Positions 1-8,934 of a DNA stretch of 64,000 bases are shown here, piece after piece. The notes beneath the pieces are model-generated. The model ran no database searches, had not been told where the DNA came from, and saw nothing but the letters and a program-made list of their open reading frames with translations. Source of the DNA: Thermoplasmata archaeon (GTDB lineage Archaea; Thermoplasmatota; Thermoplasmata; Lutacidiplasmatales; UBA184); contig DASYYY010000005.1 of the NCBI GenBank assembly GCA_035933635.1, forward strand, positions 4-64,003, read 5' to 3'. Each line of letters opens with the position of its first letter. Position 1 is the stretch's first letter. The position numbers and the translations under genes are program-made.

Positions 1-243
1 CGTGGAGATGCTTCGGGCGTGCTGCAAAGCGAGCGGACGGGTCGGTGCCAGGACCAGGATCGAACGGGTGGGTTGCCGGAGCAGGTACTCGGCGATGACC
101 CGCAGCGCGATCGCGGTCTTCCCGAGACCCGTGGGAAGGACGACGAGGGTGTTCTCGGCGAGCGCCGCCGCGGCGATGCCGGCCTGGTAGGTCCGGTCCT
201 CGAGCGCGCCGGGACGGACCCGGGGATGTTCGACGGTCGCCAC
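1..243 (-). CDS. hef: Hef/FANCM-like SF2 helicase, N-terminal part (runs off window start)
   Basis: Manual translation from GTG at 243: MATVEHPRVRPGALEDRTYQ...NTLVVLPTGLGKT...ILVLAPTRPL (Q motif, motif I, motif Ia). Absent from the ORF track because there is no stop in the window. Confidence 0.85.
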   Translation of the reverse strand, partial: MATVEHPRVRPGALEDRTYQAGIAAAALAENTLVVLPTGLGKTAIALRVIAEYLLRQPTRSILVLAPTRPLALQHARSIST

Positions 244-301
244 GCGCGCCCCGACGACCGGAGGTCCGGGCGCTTATCTCGGCGAGCCCCTCGGCCGGGG
301 G

Positions 302-1447
302 ATGGTGCCCGTCGTCGTCCTGGCGGGCCTTCTGGTCTTCGCGGTGGTCGTCCTCCTCTACCAGGGGGCCGCGATCCTGTTCGCCGTCCAGATGCCCCGA
401 CTGGACCCCACCCCCGACCCGGCGGGCGCCCGGCGGCGACCGAGGCTCTCGGTCATCATTGCCGCGCGGGACGAGGTCGACGACCTGCCCGCCTGCCTCG
501 AGGCCCTCCGCGTCCAGGAGTACCCCGACCTCGAGGTGATCGTCGTGGACGGGGGATCGACCGATGGGACCCGGGAGGCGGTGCGGGACCGGTTCGGCTC
601 GGTCCGACTTCTCGAGGAACCCCCCCTTCCCGAGGGGTGGGTCGGGAAGAACTGGGCCTGCGACGTCGGGTACCGCGCCTCGTCCGGCGAGCTCCTCCTC
701 TTCCTCGACGCCGATGTCCGGCTCGCTCCCAGCGCGCTCCGCGTGCTCGTCGATTGGGCCGACGCACAGCGGTCCGACCTCACCTCGCTCGCGCCGCGCG
801 TCGAAACCGTGGGGTTCTGGGAGCGCGTCATCCTTCCGTTCTACACGCAAATGGTCCTGACCTACTTCCGGGCTCCTCGAGCGAACCGGGATACCTCCCG
901 CGCGGCGATCGCCAACGGCCAATGCTGGCTGACCACTCGGGCGAGCTACGAACGGGCCGGGGGGCACGCCGCGGTACGGGGCTACATCCTCGAGGACATC
1001 CGGATCGCCCAACGGTACCGTGCGGCGGGCCTGCGGATCCGTATCGCGTGGGCCCCCGAGCTGGCGGTCACCCGGATGTACCGTCACCGGGCCGAGATGT
1101 TCGAGGGGCTGCTCAAGAACGTCCACGGGACGGACTTCTCGGCGTCGCGACAGGTGGGATTCCTCGCGGCGCTGATTGGGCTCTTCTGGCTCCCGCTCGG
1201 GGTCCTGCCGTACGGGGTCGCCGCTTCCTCCCCGGTCCTGATCGCGGTGGGGGGGTTCCTCTACCTCGCGCTCTTCGCCAAGCACGCCGGCTTCGCCGGG
1301 GCGATAGGCACATCCTGGCCGTACGGGCTGCTCTTTCCGCTCGCCGTGGGCTTCTACGTCGTGCTCGTGACGACCTCGATCTCGCGGGGGCTCCGCGGCG
1401 AGAGGCTCACCTGGAAGGGACGCGCGTATTCCTCGCGACCCGGATGA
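302..1447 (+). CDS. Membrane GT2 glycosyltransferase (CrtQ/HpnB-like lipid glycosyltransferase)
   Basis: SVIIAARDE, VDGGSTD, WVGKNWAC, FLDAD, LED motifs; N- and C-terminal hydrophobic helices. Confidence 0.85.
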   Translation: MVPVVVLAGLLVFAVVVLLYQGAAILFAVQMPRLDPTPDPAGARRRPRLSVIIAARDEVDDLPACLEALRVQEYPDLEVIVVDGGSTDGTREAVRDRFGSVRLLEEPPLPEGWVGKNWACDVGYRASSGELLLFLDADVRLAPSALRVLVDWADAQRSDLTSLAPRVETVGFWERVILPFYTQMVLTYFRAPRANRDTSRAAIANGQCWLTTRASYERAGGHAAVRGYILEDIRIAQRYRAAGLRIRIAWAPELAVTRMYRHRAEMFEGLLKNVHGTDFSASRQVGFLAALIGLFWLPLGVLPYGVAASSPVLIAVGGFLYLALFAKHAGFAGAIGTSWPYGLLFPLAVGFYVVLVTTSISRGLRGERLTWKGRAYSSRPG

Positions 1448-1502
1448 GGCCGGTAGAGCGACCGCTTATCTGAACGCCACCGTTCAACGCACCGGGTCGG
1501 TC

Positions 1503-2981
1503 ATGACGGCGGCGTCGCAACCCTCCTACGAGCTCTTCATCGGCGGGAAAGGTACCTCCGGGACCAGCGGCGCCCAGCGAACGCTCCTGAACCCGGCGAC
1601 CAACCGCCCGCTCGCCTCCACGGCGCTCGCCGATGCCGAGGACGCGCGCCACGCGATGGAGGTGGCGCAAACGGCGTTCGACAAGTCCGGTTGGGCAGGG
1701 GACGACGGCTCGAAGCGAGCGAAGGCGCTGTTCCGGCTCGCGTCCAAGCTCGAGGAGCAGGCCGACGCCTTCGCCGAGCTCGAATCGCTCAACCAGGGCA
1801 AGACCCTTCGCGAGGCCAAGGGCGACATCGGCTTCGTCGTGCGGACGCTCGAGTACATGGCCGGGCTGGCCGACAAGCTCCAGGGCGAGACGATCCCCGT
1901 CCCCGGGCCGCGGCTCGACTACACGCTGCGCGAGCCGATGGGCGTCACCGTCCACATCGCGCCGTGGAACTTCCCCCTCGTGCTGGCGATGCGATCGGTC
2001 GCTCCGGCCCTCGGGGCCGGCAATGCCGTGGTGCTCAAGCCCGCCACCCTCACCCCGCTGACGGCGCTGCGCGTGGCCCAGCTGTCGACGGCGGCGGGCG
2101 TACCGGACGGGATCTTCAACGTCGTCGTCGGCGATGGAGCCAAGGTCGGCGAGGCGCTGATCACGGACCCCCGGTGTCGCGCGGTCTCGTTCACCGGCAG
2201 CCGTGAGGTCGGTCAGCGAGTCGCGGAGCTCGCCGGGAAGCGGCGCGTGCCGATCACGCTCGAACTCGGCGGCAAGGGGCCGGTCCTCGTCTATCCCGAC
2301 GCGGACCTCGATCGGGCCGCGAAAGCGATCGGGTGGGGCATCTTCGGCAACGCCGGCCAGATGTGCTGGGCGGGTTCGCGCCTGCTCGTGCACGCCTCCG
2401 TCCACGACGAGGTGCTCTCCAAGGTCCGCTCGATCGCCGAGAAGCTCAAGGTCGGCCCGGGGGGCGATGCCGGGGTGGAGATGGGCCCACTGGTCTCGGC
2501 CGAACAGCGCAGCCGGGTCCTCCAGTTCATCGAGGAGGCGCGCGCGACCGGTACGAAGGTGGCGGCCGGCGGGACACCTTACGCGAGCGGCCCGCTCTCG
2601 GAGGGTTACTTCGTCCCCCCCACCGTCCTCGATGCCCCGCCACCCGATGCCCGCGTCGTCCGCGAGGAGGTCTTCGGTCCGGTCCTTTCCGTCCAGAGCT
2701 TCACCTCGATGGACGAATCGATCCGGCTCGCCAATGACACCGAGTACGGTCTGCTCGCCTCGATCTGGACCAAGGACCTGGCCACGGCCCACTCCGTGGC
2801 GCGGCAGCTGGAGACCGGGATGGTCACGGTCAACGATCCGCCGAGCACCTACCCGCAATCGCCCTTCGCCGGGTACAAGGACAGTGGCCTCGGCTTCGAG
2901 CAGGGGATGCAGGCGGTGGAGTTCTTCACCCGCCGCAAAAACGTCCTACTGAACCTGGCCGTGCCCAAGCCCAGGGCCTGA
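1503..2981 (+). CDS. NAD(P)-dependent aldehyde dehydrogenase
   Basis: PWNFP, FTGS, LELGGK, NAGQMC (catalytic Cys), EEVFGP. Confidence 0.95.
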   Translation: MTAASQPSYELFIGGKGTSGTSGAQRTLLNPATNRPLASTALADAEDARHAMEVAQTAFDKSGWAGDDGSKRAKALFRLASKLEEQADAFAELESLNQGKTLREAKGDIGFVVRTLEYMAGLADKLQGETIPVPGPRLDYTLREPMGVTVHIAPWNFPLVLAMRSVAPALGAGNAVVLKPATLTPLTALRVAQLSTAAGVPDGIFNVVVGDGAKVGEALITDPRCRAVSFTGSREVGQRVAELAGKRRVPITLELGGKGPVLVYPDADLDRAAKAIGWGIFGNAGQMCWAGSRLLVHASVHDEVLSKVRSIAEKLKVGPGGDAGVEMGPLVSAEQRSRVLQFIEEARATGTKVAAGGTPYASGPLSEGYFVPPTVLDAPPPDARVVREEVFGPVLSVQSFTSMDESIRLANDTEYGLLASIWTKDLATAHSVARQLETGMVTVNDPPSTYPQSPFAGYKDSGLGFEQGMQAVEFFTRRKNVLLNLAVPKPRA

Positions 2982-3039
2982 GCCGAACCGGTTCGTACGA
3001 AGGGCGCTTGACCCCCTCCCCGGGTGAACTCCGGGAGCG

Positions 3040-3645
3040 ATGCCCGAGACGGCGGCGGGGAGGTGGGGGACTTGCACGACCTGCGGGGACGCCATGCCCC
3101 CCGGCGGGCGGGTGTGCCCGACCTGCGGCAAGATCTACACCACCGCCCCGGCCGACACCCCCCCCACCGCGAAGGGCCAGCGCAAGCTCCGGCTGCTCGG
3201 CGGGATCCGTGCGCTCGTCATCGTCGGGGTCGCGATCGGTCTCTCGGGGGTGATGGCGCTGGCGTTCTTCCAGGGGCCGCCCATCGCCGCCGACCCGTTG
3301 ACCGGGACGTGGGTGCTGAACCTCTCGCCGGGCGGCTACCAAAGCTTCGACGGCGCGGTGACGGGCGGGGATTTCATCACCGGCAACTTCACGGTCGTAA
3401 CTCCCCCGGGCGCGGTCGTGCTCCTTCAGGTGTTCAATGCGACCGAATTCGGGCAGTTCCAACAGGGGCGTACGGCCCAACCGGTCCAGAGCACCGCCAA
3501 CCAGACGTCGAGCTTGCTCGACTTCTCGGCGCTGGTGACGGACACCTACTACTTCGTGTTCGAGGACCAGTACTCTGCGGCGAGCCACATCGGGGTCACG
3601 GTGTACGTCTCGACCCAGTACGAGTCGAACGTCGTGGTCGAGTAG
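3040..3645 (+). CDS. Zinc-ribbon protein with one TM helix and an extracellular beta domain
   Basis: CTTC...CPTC, then hydrophobic ALVIVGVAIGLSGVMALAFF and a Thr/Ser/Tyr-rich C-terminus. Confidence 0.7.
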   Translation: MPETAAGRWGTCTTCGDAMPPGGRVCPTCGKIYTTAPADTPPTAKGQRKLRLLGGIRALVIVGVAIGLSGVMALAFFQGPPIAADPLTGTWVLNLSPGGYQSFDGAVTGGDFITGNFTVVTPPGAVVLLQVFNATEFGQFQQGRTAQPVQSTANQTSSLLDFSALVTDTYYFVFEDQYSAASHIGVTVYVSTQYESNVVVE

Positions 3646-3779
3646 ACCGAGGCTCGCCCCGCGCGCCCGGTGGTCGACGCCGGTACGCCGCTAATCTCCC
3701 GGGAGGCTTATGAGCCGCGAACCGCGCTTGCCTCGCTTGGGGGACCGCCCGGTTTCCGGAGCGGTCGGGGGGTAAGTCG

Positions 3780-4769
3780 ATGAACGTCCAGCGGGGTTCC
3801 GCGCGGGGTCGAAGGGCGCATGCGGGTGGCGGAGCTGCGTGGGGATGGACGATCGCGGTCGCAACCATCGCCGTGCTCAACATCCTTCCGGGGCTCGGCA
3901 CGGGCACGGTGGTTCCCACTCCCTACCGGGGGGCGGTCGCGGTACATTTCCTCCCCGCGGCGCAGGGGTGCGGACACCTCCGGGCGGTGTCCCCGGGCTT
4001 CTCCCTCGCCCACGGCACCGGTTCGGTCGGCAGCGGCACGACGCGGGCATGGGCGTGTCCGACGTTCGCCGGCATCGCCGGATCCGGCTCCGCCTCAGTC
4101 ACCTCCTCGTTGGTCGTCGCCGTCCACCTTTCGATCGCACCGGGGGTACGGAACCTGACGGTGACGGTCGTGCACCACGTCGCCATGGCCGGCTCCTTCG
4201 TGGTCTCGGGAGGATGCCCGACCCATTCCGTCAACACGAGCACCTCACAATTCTTCAACGGAGGAGAGTACTGGCAGAACAGGACGGGGTTCTTTGGCGG
4301 GTGCACCGTCGCCGCTCAGTCCGCCATGCGGGTCTACCTCCTCCTCATCGATGCAACGAACGGCACGACGGTGTACATCCCCCCCAGCTCCGCCGTGGGC
4401 TGCTCACTGAGCAATCTGGTGTACTGCGAAGGCGGAATCCAGAAGGTGGCCTTCCGGGTCCAGCAGATCGACTACGGGTTCGAACGCGATACCGTTCACA
4501 ACGCCTCCGGCTGGCACTATCGGAACTACACCTACAGCTCGAACGGGACCACCTCGGCCGGCCCGGGCTGGAACGTTACGCATCTCGACCGCGACGTGGT
4601 GACCTGGCACTACTCCTTCGTCCGCGGCCATGTCTACGCTCTGCTCGCCGACTTCGCCGGATTCGCCGAGTCGGAGTTCGTGGGTTTCCCGAACGGTCAC
4701 GTTTCGGCGTCCTTCAGCGGCGGCCCCCCCAGTACGGGGGTGTCCATACCCACGATCACCGTCACCTGA
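3780..4769 (+). CDS. Secreted hypothetical protein, paralogue of 4963..5946
   Basis: Signal-peptide-like N-terminus; many NxS/T sequons; motifs shared with the next gene. Confidence 0.7.
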   Translation: MNVQRGSARGRRAHAGGGAAWGWTIAVATIAVLNILPGLGTGTVVPTPYRGAVAVHFLPAAQGCGHLRAVSPGFSLAHGTGSVGSGTTRAWACPTFAGIAGSGSASVTSSLVVAVHLSIAPGVRNLTVTVVHHVAMAGSFVVSGGCPTHSVNTSTSQFFNGGEYWQNRTGFFGGCTVAAQSAMRVYLLLIDATNGTTVYIPPSSAVGCSLSNLVYCEGGIQKVAFRVQQIDYGFERDTVHNASGWHYRNYTYSSNGTTSAGPGWNVTHLDRDVVTWHYSFVRGHVYALLADFAGFAESEFVGFPNGHVSASFSGGPPSTGVSIPTITVT

Positions 4770-4962
4770 GTCGGGACCGCCTCCCGCCCCTCGGTCCGCC
4801 CGACGACCGGGAGTGCGGTGGCGGGCGGTCCGCGGTCCCGGCCGCCGGCGCGGTTCGGGCGCCATCCGTTCGGTTCCACGAGGTATATGCGCCTCCGGAG
4901 TCTCGTGCGGCCGTTCAAGCCTGTCGCCGGGGGGGAGGCGGCCGGCCGAACCCGAACCGGCC

Positions 4963-5946
4963 ATGGTAACCCACTCCCTCCGGCGAAGAGTCGTACGCCC
5001 GAACGGACGCCGCGCCACCCTTTGCGGGGTGGCGGGTGCGATACTCACGGTCGTCGCCCTGACCGCTCCCACGGGGCTCGCCTCCGCCGCGACCGTACCG
5101 CCTCCGTTCCACGGCGCGGTCTCGACCGCCTCCTCCCCGCTCTCGAACGGATGCGCCACGATCCGCGCCACCGCTCCGGGCTTCCGTCTGGCGAACGGCA
5201 CCGGCACCTTGGGCCTCTCGAGCGCCCGAGCCCGGGCCTGCCATTCGTTCGGGGGCGTGGGCGGCTCCTCGGGCGCGTCGTCGGAGCCGGAGGTGGACGT
5301 CGCGATCCGGCTCACCCTCCCCACGGGCCTCCACCACGTGACCGCGACCGTCTCGGAGGACTTCCTCGTGGCCGCCTCGTTCACGCCCCTCAACGGCTGC
5401 CCGTTCCACCCGACCCGGACGAACTCCCACTCCAGCTCCTTCGGGAGCCAGTACTGGTACAACACCAGCGGCTTCTTCGGCACCTGCCAGGCCTCCGCCG
5501 TGACGGACGTCTCGACCCAGGCGTTCCTGGTCGACGAGACGAACGGCACGCAGTTCAACCTCCCGGGTCTGCGGTTCTGCACCACGGCCCAGACCGGGCT
5601 ATGCAATTTCGACCAGCGGAACGCCTCGCAGGATTACCGCCAGATCGACTGGTACGTGGCCGACCTCACGGTCCTCAATGCCTCCGGCCGGAACTCCACC
5701 AACACCACCCATTCGTTCAACGTGACGAACCCGCAGCCGACCGGCTGGAGCATCCCTGCGTTGGAGCGCCAGAACCTATCGTTCCGCGCCGACTTCGTCC
5801 GCTCCCACGTCTACGCCCTCGAACTCAGGTTCTTCGCCCTCGACATCGCCCTGTTCAACGGCTGGGTATCGGGCAACGTCCGCTCCAGTTACGACCTGGC
5901 CACCTCGGGACGGGGAATCGCGGTCTCCGCCATCTCGATCAGATGA
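4963..5946 (+). CDS. Secreted hypothetical protein, paralogue of 3780..4769
   Basis: ATG at 4963 within ORF 4630..5946; basic then hydrophobic leader ending ASA; shares PGF.LA.GTG, YW.N..GFFG.C, TNGT, HVYAL. Confidence 0.7.
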   Translation: MVTHSLRRRVVRPNGRRATLCGVAGAILTVVALTAPTGLASAATVPPPFHGAVSTASSPLSNGCATIRATAPGFRLANGTGTLGLSSARARACHSFGGVGGSSGASSEPEVDVAIRLTLPTGLHHVTATVSEDFLVAASFTPLNGCPFHPTRTNSHSSSFGSQYWYNTSGFFGTCQASAVTDVSTQAFLVDETNGTQFNLPGLRFCTTAQTGLCNFDQRNASQDYRQIDWYVADLTVLNASGRNSTNTTHSFNVTNPQPTGWSIPALERQNLSFRADFVRSHVYALELRFFALDIALFNGWVSGNVRSSYDLATSGRGIAVSAISIR

Positions 5947-6033
5947 GGAGGCGAGACCGCCCGTTGCGGCGATCGGAAGCCATGGCGGGGGCCGCGAACT
6001 GCCAGAGGACGTCGAAGAAGGGCTCGGGCGCCG

Positions 6034-6684
6034 CTAGGATGCCGGGGGGGTCTCACCGAGGCGCCGCAGGAACGTTGCGGGCACTTGGTCGGCCAGGAAC
6101 ACCGTCTTGCCGGCCTGCATGATCACGATCCCGTCGTGGCGGGCGGCCTTCGCGTCGATCGAGAGGATCACCGGTTCGGGGGTCCGGACCGAGCCGGCGG
6201 CGCGCGCGTCTTCGGAGGTGCGCGAAAGGTGCACCTTGCGCCGGTCGGTGGGCTTGAGCCCGACCTCGAGGACGATCGCCGCCTCGTCGGGGGTGACCGG
6301 GAAATACAATTCGTCCGGAATGTTCTCGGTGGGCAGGTCGAGGCGCACATCGACGGTGTGACCGTAGGTCGCCCGGATCCGGTCGTCCTTGACCTCGTAG
6401 CGCCCCTTGGGGTCGCTCTCGGCGATCGCCACGATGTGGTGGGCGCGGAGCCAGTGGTAACCGCGGTGCTGGCCGGAGATGGACTTGACGAGCATCGGGA
6501 TGGAGATCCAGCCGTTCTCGTCGATGGAGAGGCCATACTTCTCGGGGAAGTGGCGGAGCACACCGGTCATCACCCGGCCCAGGTGGTCGAGCTCCCGGTC
6601 GTTCATCAGGAACCGACCGGGCTGCGCGCAGACCGGGCAGGTCTCCTGCCGGAAGTAGCCGTGCTGCGGGCACTCCTTCAGCAT
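6034..6684 (-). CDS. kptA: RNA 2'-phosphotransferase (Tpt1/KptA) with N-terminal zinc finger
   Basis: CPQHGY..CPVC, LRH, KGRYE, IRATYGHT, RRKVHLS. Confidence 0.95.
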   Translation of the reverse strand: MLKECPQHGYFRQETCPVCAQPGRFLMNDRELDHLGRVMTGVLRHFPEKYGLSIDENGWISIPMLVKSISGQHRGYHWLRAHHIVAIAESDPKGRYEVKDDRIRATYGHTVDVRLDLPTENIPDELYFPVTPDEAAIVLEVGLKPTDRRKVHLSRTSEDARAAGSVRTPEPVILSIDAKAARHDGIVIMQAGKTVFLADQVPATFLRRLGETPPAS

Positions 6685-6701
6685 CGCGCGGTGGGCTGCC
6701 T

Positions 6702-6989
6702 CTACGCCTTGACCTTGTCGGCCTTCTTGTCGAAGTCCGCGAGCGCATCTCCGTAGAGGTCCGACAGGTCCTTGAGGACCCGCTTGAGGACCTGCTGCGG
6801 CTTCTCGCCCTTGGTCTTGAGGTAAAGCGCCGGACGTTCAAGGAAGGCATGGCCGAGGAAGTAGCGGGCCTCGACGACCTTCTCCTCCTGCTGGAGTAGC
6901 TCGACGAGCGGGATGAGGAGCGTCTCCTCCCCCTTGGGAAGCTCGACACGCAGCGTGTCGGACTCCTTTTCCACAACGTGGATGTCCAC
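6702..6989 (-). CDS. rpoL: RNA polymerase subunit L (Rpo11)
   Basis: GTG start at 6989 in ORF 6702..7505; about 95 aa: DIHVVEKESDTLRVEL..GEETLL..L...V.EARY..GH.FLERP.LYLKT. Confidence 0.85.
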   Translation of the reverse strand: MDIHVVEKESDTLRVELPKGEETLLIPLVELLQQEEKVVEARYFLGHAFLERPALYLKTKGEKPQQVLKRVLKDLSDLYGDALADFDKKADKVKA

Positions 6990-7020
6990 GGGGTCCCCCT
7001 CGACGGACCACCGGGGTTCA

Positions 7021-7032
7021 CTTCTTAAGGGT
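7021..7032 (-). promoter_or_regulatory. Putative TATA box for rpoL-kptA
   Basis: ACCCTTAAGAAG on the minus strand, about 32-43 bp upstream of the GTG start, in a GC-rich context. Confidence 0.45.
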
Positions 7033-7163
7033 GGCGGCGCGGGGGGGTGCGCGCGCGGCGCTCCGGGTGCCGGGACGGCCGAGCGACCCCAACTCCGGCC
7101 GAGAGAGGCCTCGGGACCCCCGGCGATATAAGTGCCCCATCGTCCGAGGACCGGCGAGCGGTC

Positions 7164-8576
7164 ATGCGCAGTCTGGTCGTGGGAGGAGGCGCCCGGGAGC
7201 ACGCCATCGCGCGCACCCTCGCCCGCGACGGCTCCGAGGTCCACGTCCTCGCCGCGCACGACAACCCCGGCCTGCGTGCCGTGGCCCACCGGTTCGATGT
7301 CGCCGACCACGAGGACCCGGCCCTGGTGGCGTCGGTGGCCCGACGCCGCAAGATCGAACTCGCGGTGATCGGGCCGGAAGGCCCGCTCGCCAAGGGCGTC
7401 GCCGACGCGCTTCGGGGGGCCAACGTCCCGGTCGTCGGTCCCTCCCGGGACGCCGCCCGGATCGAGACGTCGAAGCGATTCTGCCGGGAGCTCCTGGCAC
7501 GTCACGGGATCGACGCGTCTCCCCGGTTCGAGTTCGTCGAGTCACCCGACGCGGTCGCGGCGGCCGTGGGCCGGCTCGGTGGACCGCTCGTCATCAAACC
7601 GGTCGGCCTGACGGCGGGCAAGGGCGTGCTGGTCCAGGGTTCGGACTTTGCAACCCCCGAGGAAGGCACGCGGCTCGCCTCCCGGATGCTGGCCTCCGAC
7701 TCGGGGCGGTCCGGGCTGCTGCTCGAGGAACGTCTGGAAGGGGAGGAGTTCAGCCTCATGGCCCTCGTCACGGATTCCGGCGTCTACCCGATGCCCGCCG
7801 TCCAGGACTACAAGCGGGCGCTCGAGGGAGGGGGCGGAGGGAACACCGGCGGCATGGGTTCCTACTCCCAACGTGATCACCTCCTTCCGTTCCTCGCGCG
7901 CGAGCACCGCGACGCGGCGCTCGATGTGATCCGCGGTACGGCGTCGGCGCTGCGGGCGGAGGGCCTCGCGTTCCGGGGGGTCCTCTACGGCGGTTTCATG
8001 CTCACCACCAAGGGACCGAAGCTGCTCGAGTTCAACGCACGCTTCGGTGACCCCGAGGCGATGAACGCGCTCGTTCTCTACGAGCCGGGCAACTTTGAGG
8101 AGCTGATGTACGGCGTGGCGACCGGCACGGTCGACCCGAACCTGGTGCGGTACCGACCCCGCGCGACGGTGGTCAAGTACGTCGTCCCGATCGGGTACGG
8201 CGGCGCGCCCCAGGTCGGAGCGGTCGTCGACTACGACGGCCCCGCCATCGAGGACGCCGGCGTCCACCTGTTCTTCGCCTCCGTCGACGCGGCCGGAGCC
8301 GGCAAGGTCCGGATGCTCAGCTCCCGGGGGTTCGCCCTGGTCGGCGAGGCGAGCGCGGTCTGGGAGGCGAGCGCCCGCGTCGACGCGGCCCTCGAGTTCG
8401 TCAAGGGAAGCTACTACGTACGTCGTGACATCGGCACGAGGGAGGATGTCACCCGGCGCACCGAGCACATGCGTGAGCTCTTCGCCCCCGGCGCCAAGCC
8501 CTCGCCGCTTCCGCTGAGCGTGGCCGCGCCCACGGCTCGGCCCTCGAGCGCCGGGACCGCCGACCAAGTGATCTAG
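7164..8576 (+). CDS. purD: Phosphoribosylamine--glycine ligase
   Basis: LVVGGGAREHA, IGPEGPL, AGKGV, QDYKR, NTGGMGSY, EFNARFGDPE. Confidence 0.97.
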   Translation: MRSLVVGGGAREHAIARTLARDGSEVHVLAAHDNPGLRAVAHRFDVADHEDPALVASVARRRKIELAVIGPEGPLAKGVADALRGANVPVVGPSRDAARIETSKRFCRELLARHGIDASPRFEFVESPDAVAAAVGRLGGPLVIKPVGLTAGKGVLVQGSDFATPEEGTRLASRMLASDSGRSGLLLEERLEGEEFSLMALVTDSGVYPMPAVQDYKRALEGGGGGNTGGMGSYSQRDHLLPFLAREHRDAALDVIRGTASALRAEGLAFRGVLYGGFMLTTKGPKLLEFNARFGDPEAMNALVLYEPGNFEELMYGVATGTVDPNLVRYRPRATVVKYVVPIGYGGAPQVGAVVDYDGPAIEDAGVHLFFASVDAAGAGKVRMLSSRGFALVGEASAVWEASARVDAALEFVKGSYYVRRDIGTREDVTRRTEHMRELFAPGAKPSPLPLSVAAPTARPSSAGTADQVI

Positions 8577-8622
8577 ACCCGCCCGGCTCGCCGTTATCTA
8601 CCGCCGCCCGGTTCTTTTGCCG

Positions 8623-8934
8623 ATGTTCTGTCCAAAATGCAAGCGCCTGATGCGCCCGGACCACACGGCCAAGGCCTGGGTCTGCGGCAACTGCGGGACC
8701 AAGGTCAAGATGGGCCAGGGCCAGGAGGTCGGCAAGTCCGCCCCGACCGGCCGTTCGATGGCCGTCCTCGAGGAGAAGCAGGCCTCCACGCTCCCGACCG
8801 CCGACGAGGAGTGCCCGAAGTGCGGCAACACCAAGGCCTACTGGGTGCTCCGCCAGACGCGGGGGGCCGACGAGCCCGAGACCCGGATCTTCGAGTGCAC
8901 CAAGTGCGGCCACAAGTGGCGGGAATACCAGTAG
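8623..8934 (+). CDS. tfs: Transcription factor S (TFS)
   Basis: MFCPKC..., CPKCGN...QTRGADEPET..FECTKCGHKWREY with an intact DE acidic hairpin. Confidence 0.95.
   Translation: MFCPKCKRLMRPDHTAKAWVCGNCGTKVKMGQGQEVGKSAPTGRSMAVLEEKQASTLPTADEECPKCGNTKAYWVLRQTRGADEPETRIFECTKCGHKWREYQ

Noticed and set aside
8623..8934. Non-canonical (inhibitory) TFS paralogue
   Set aside because: The catalytic DE residues (RGADEPET) are intact, so this is an ordinary TFS.
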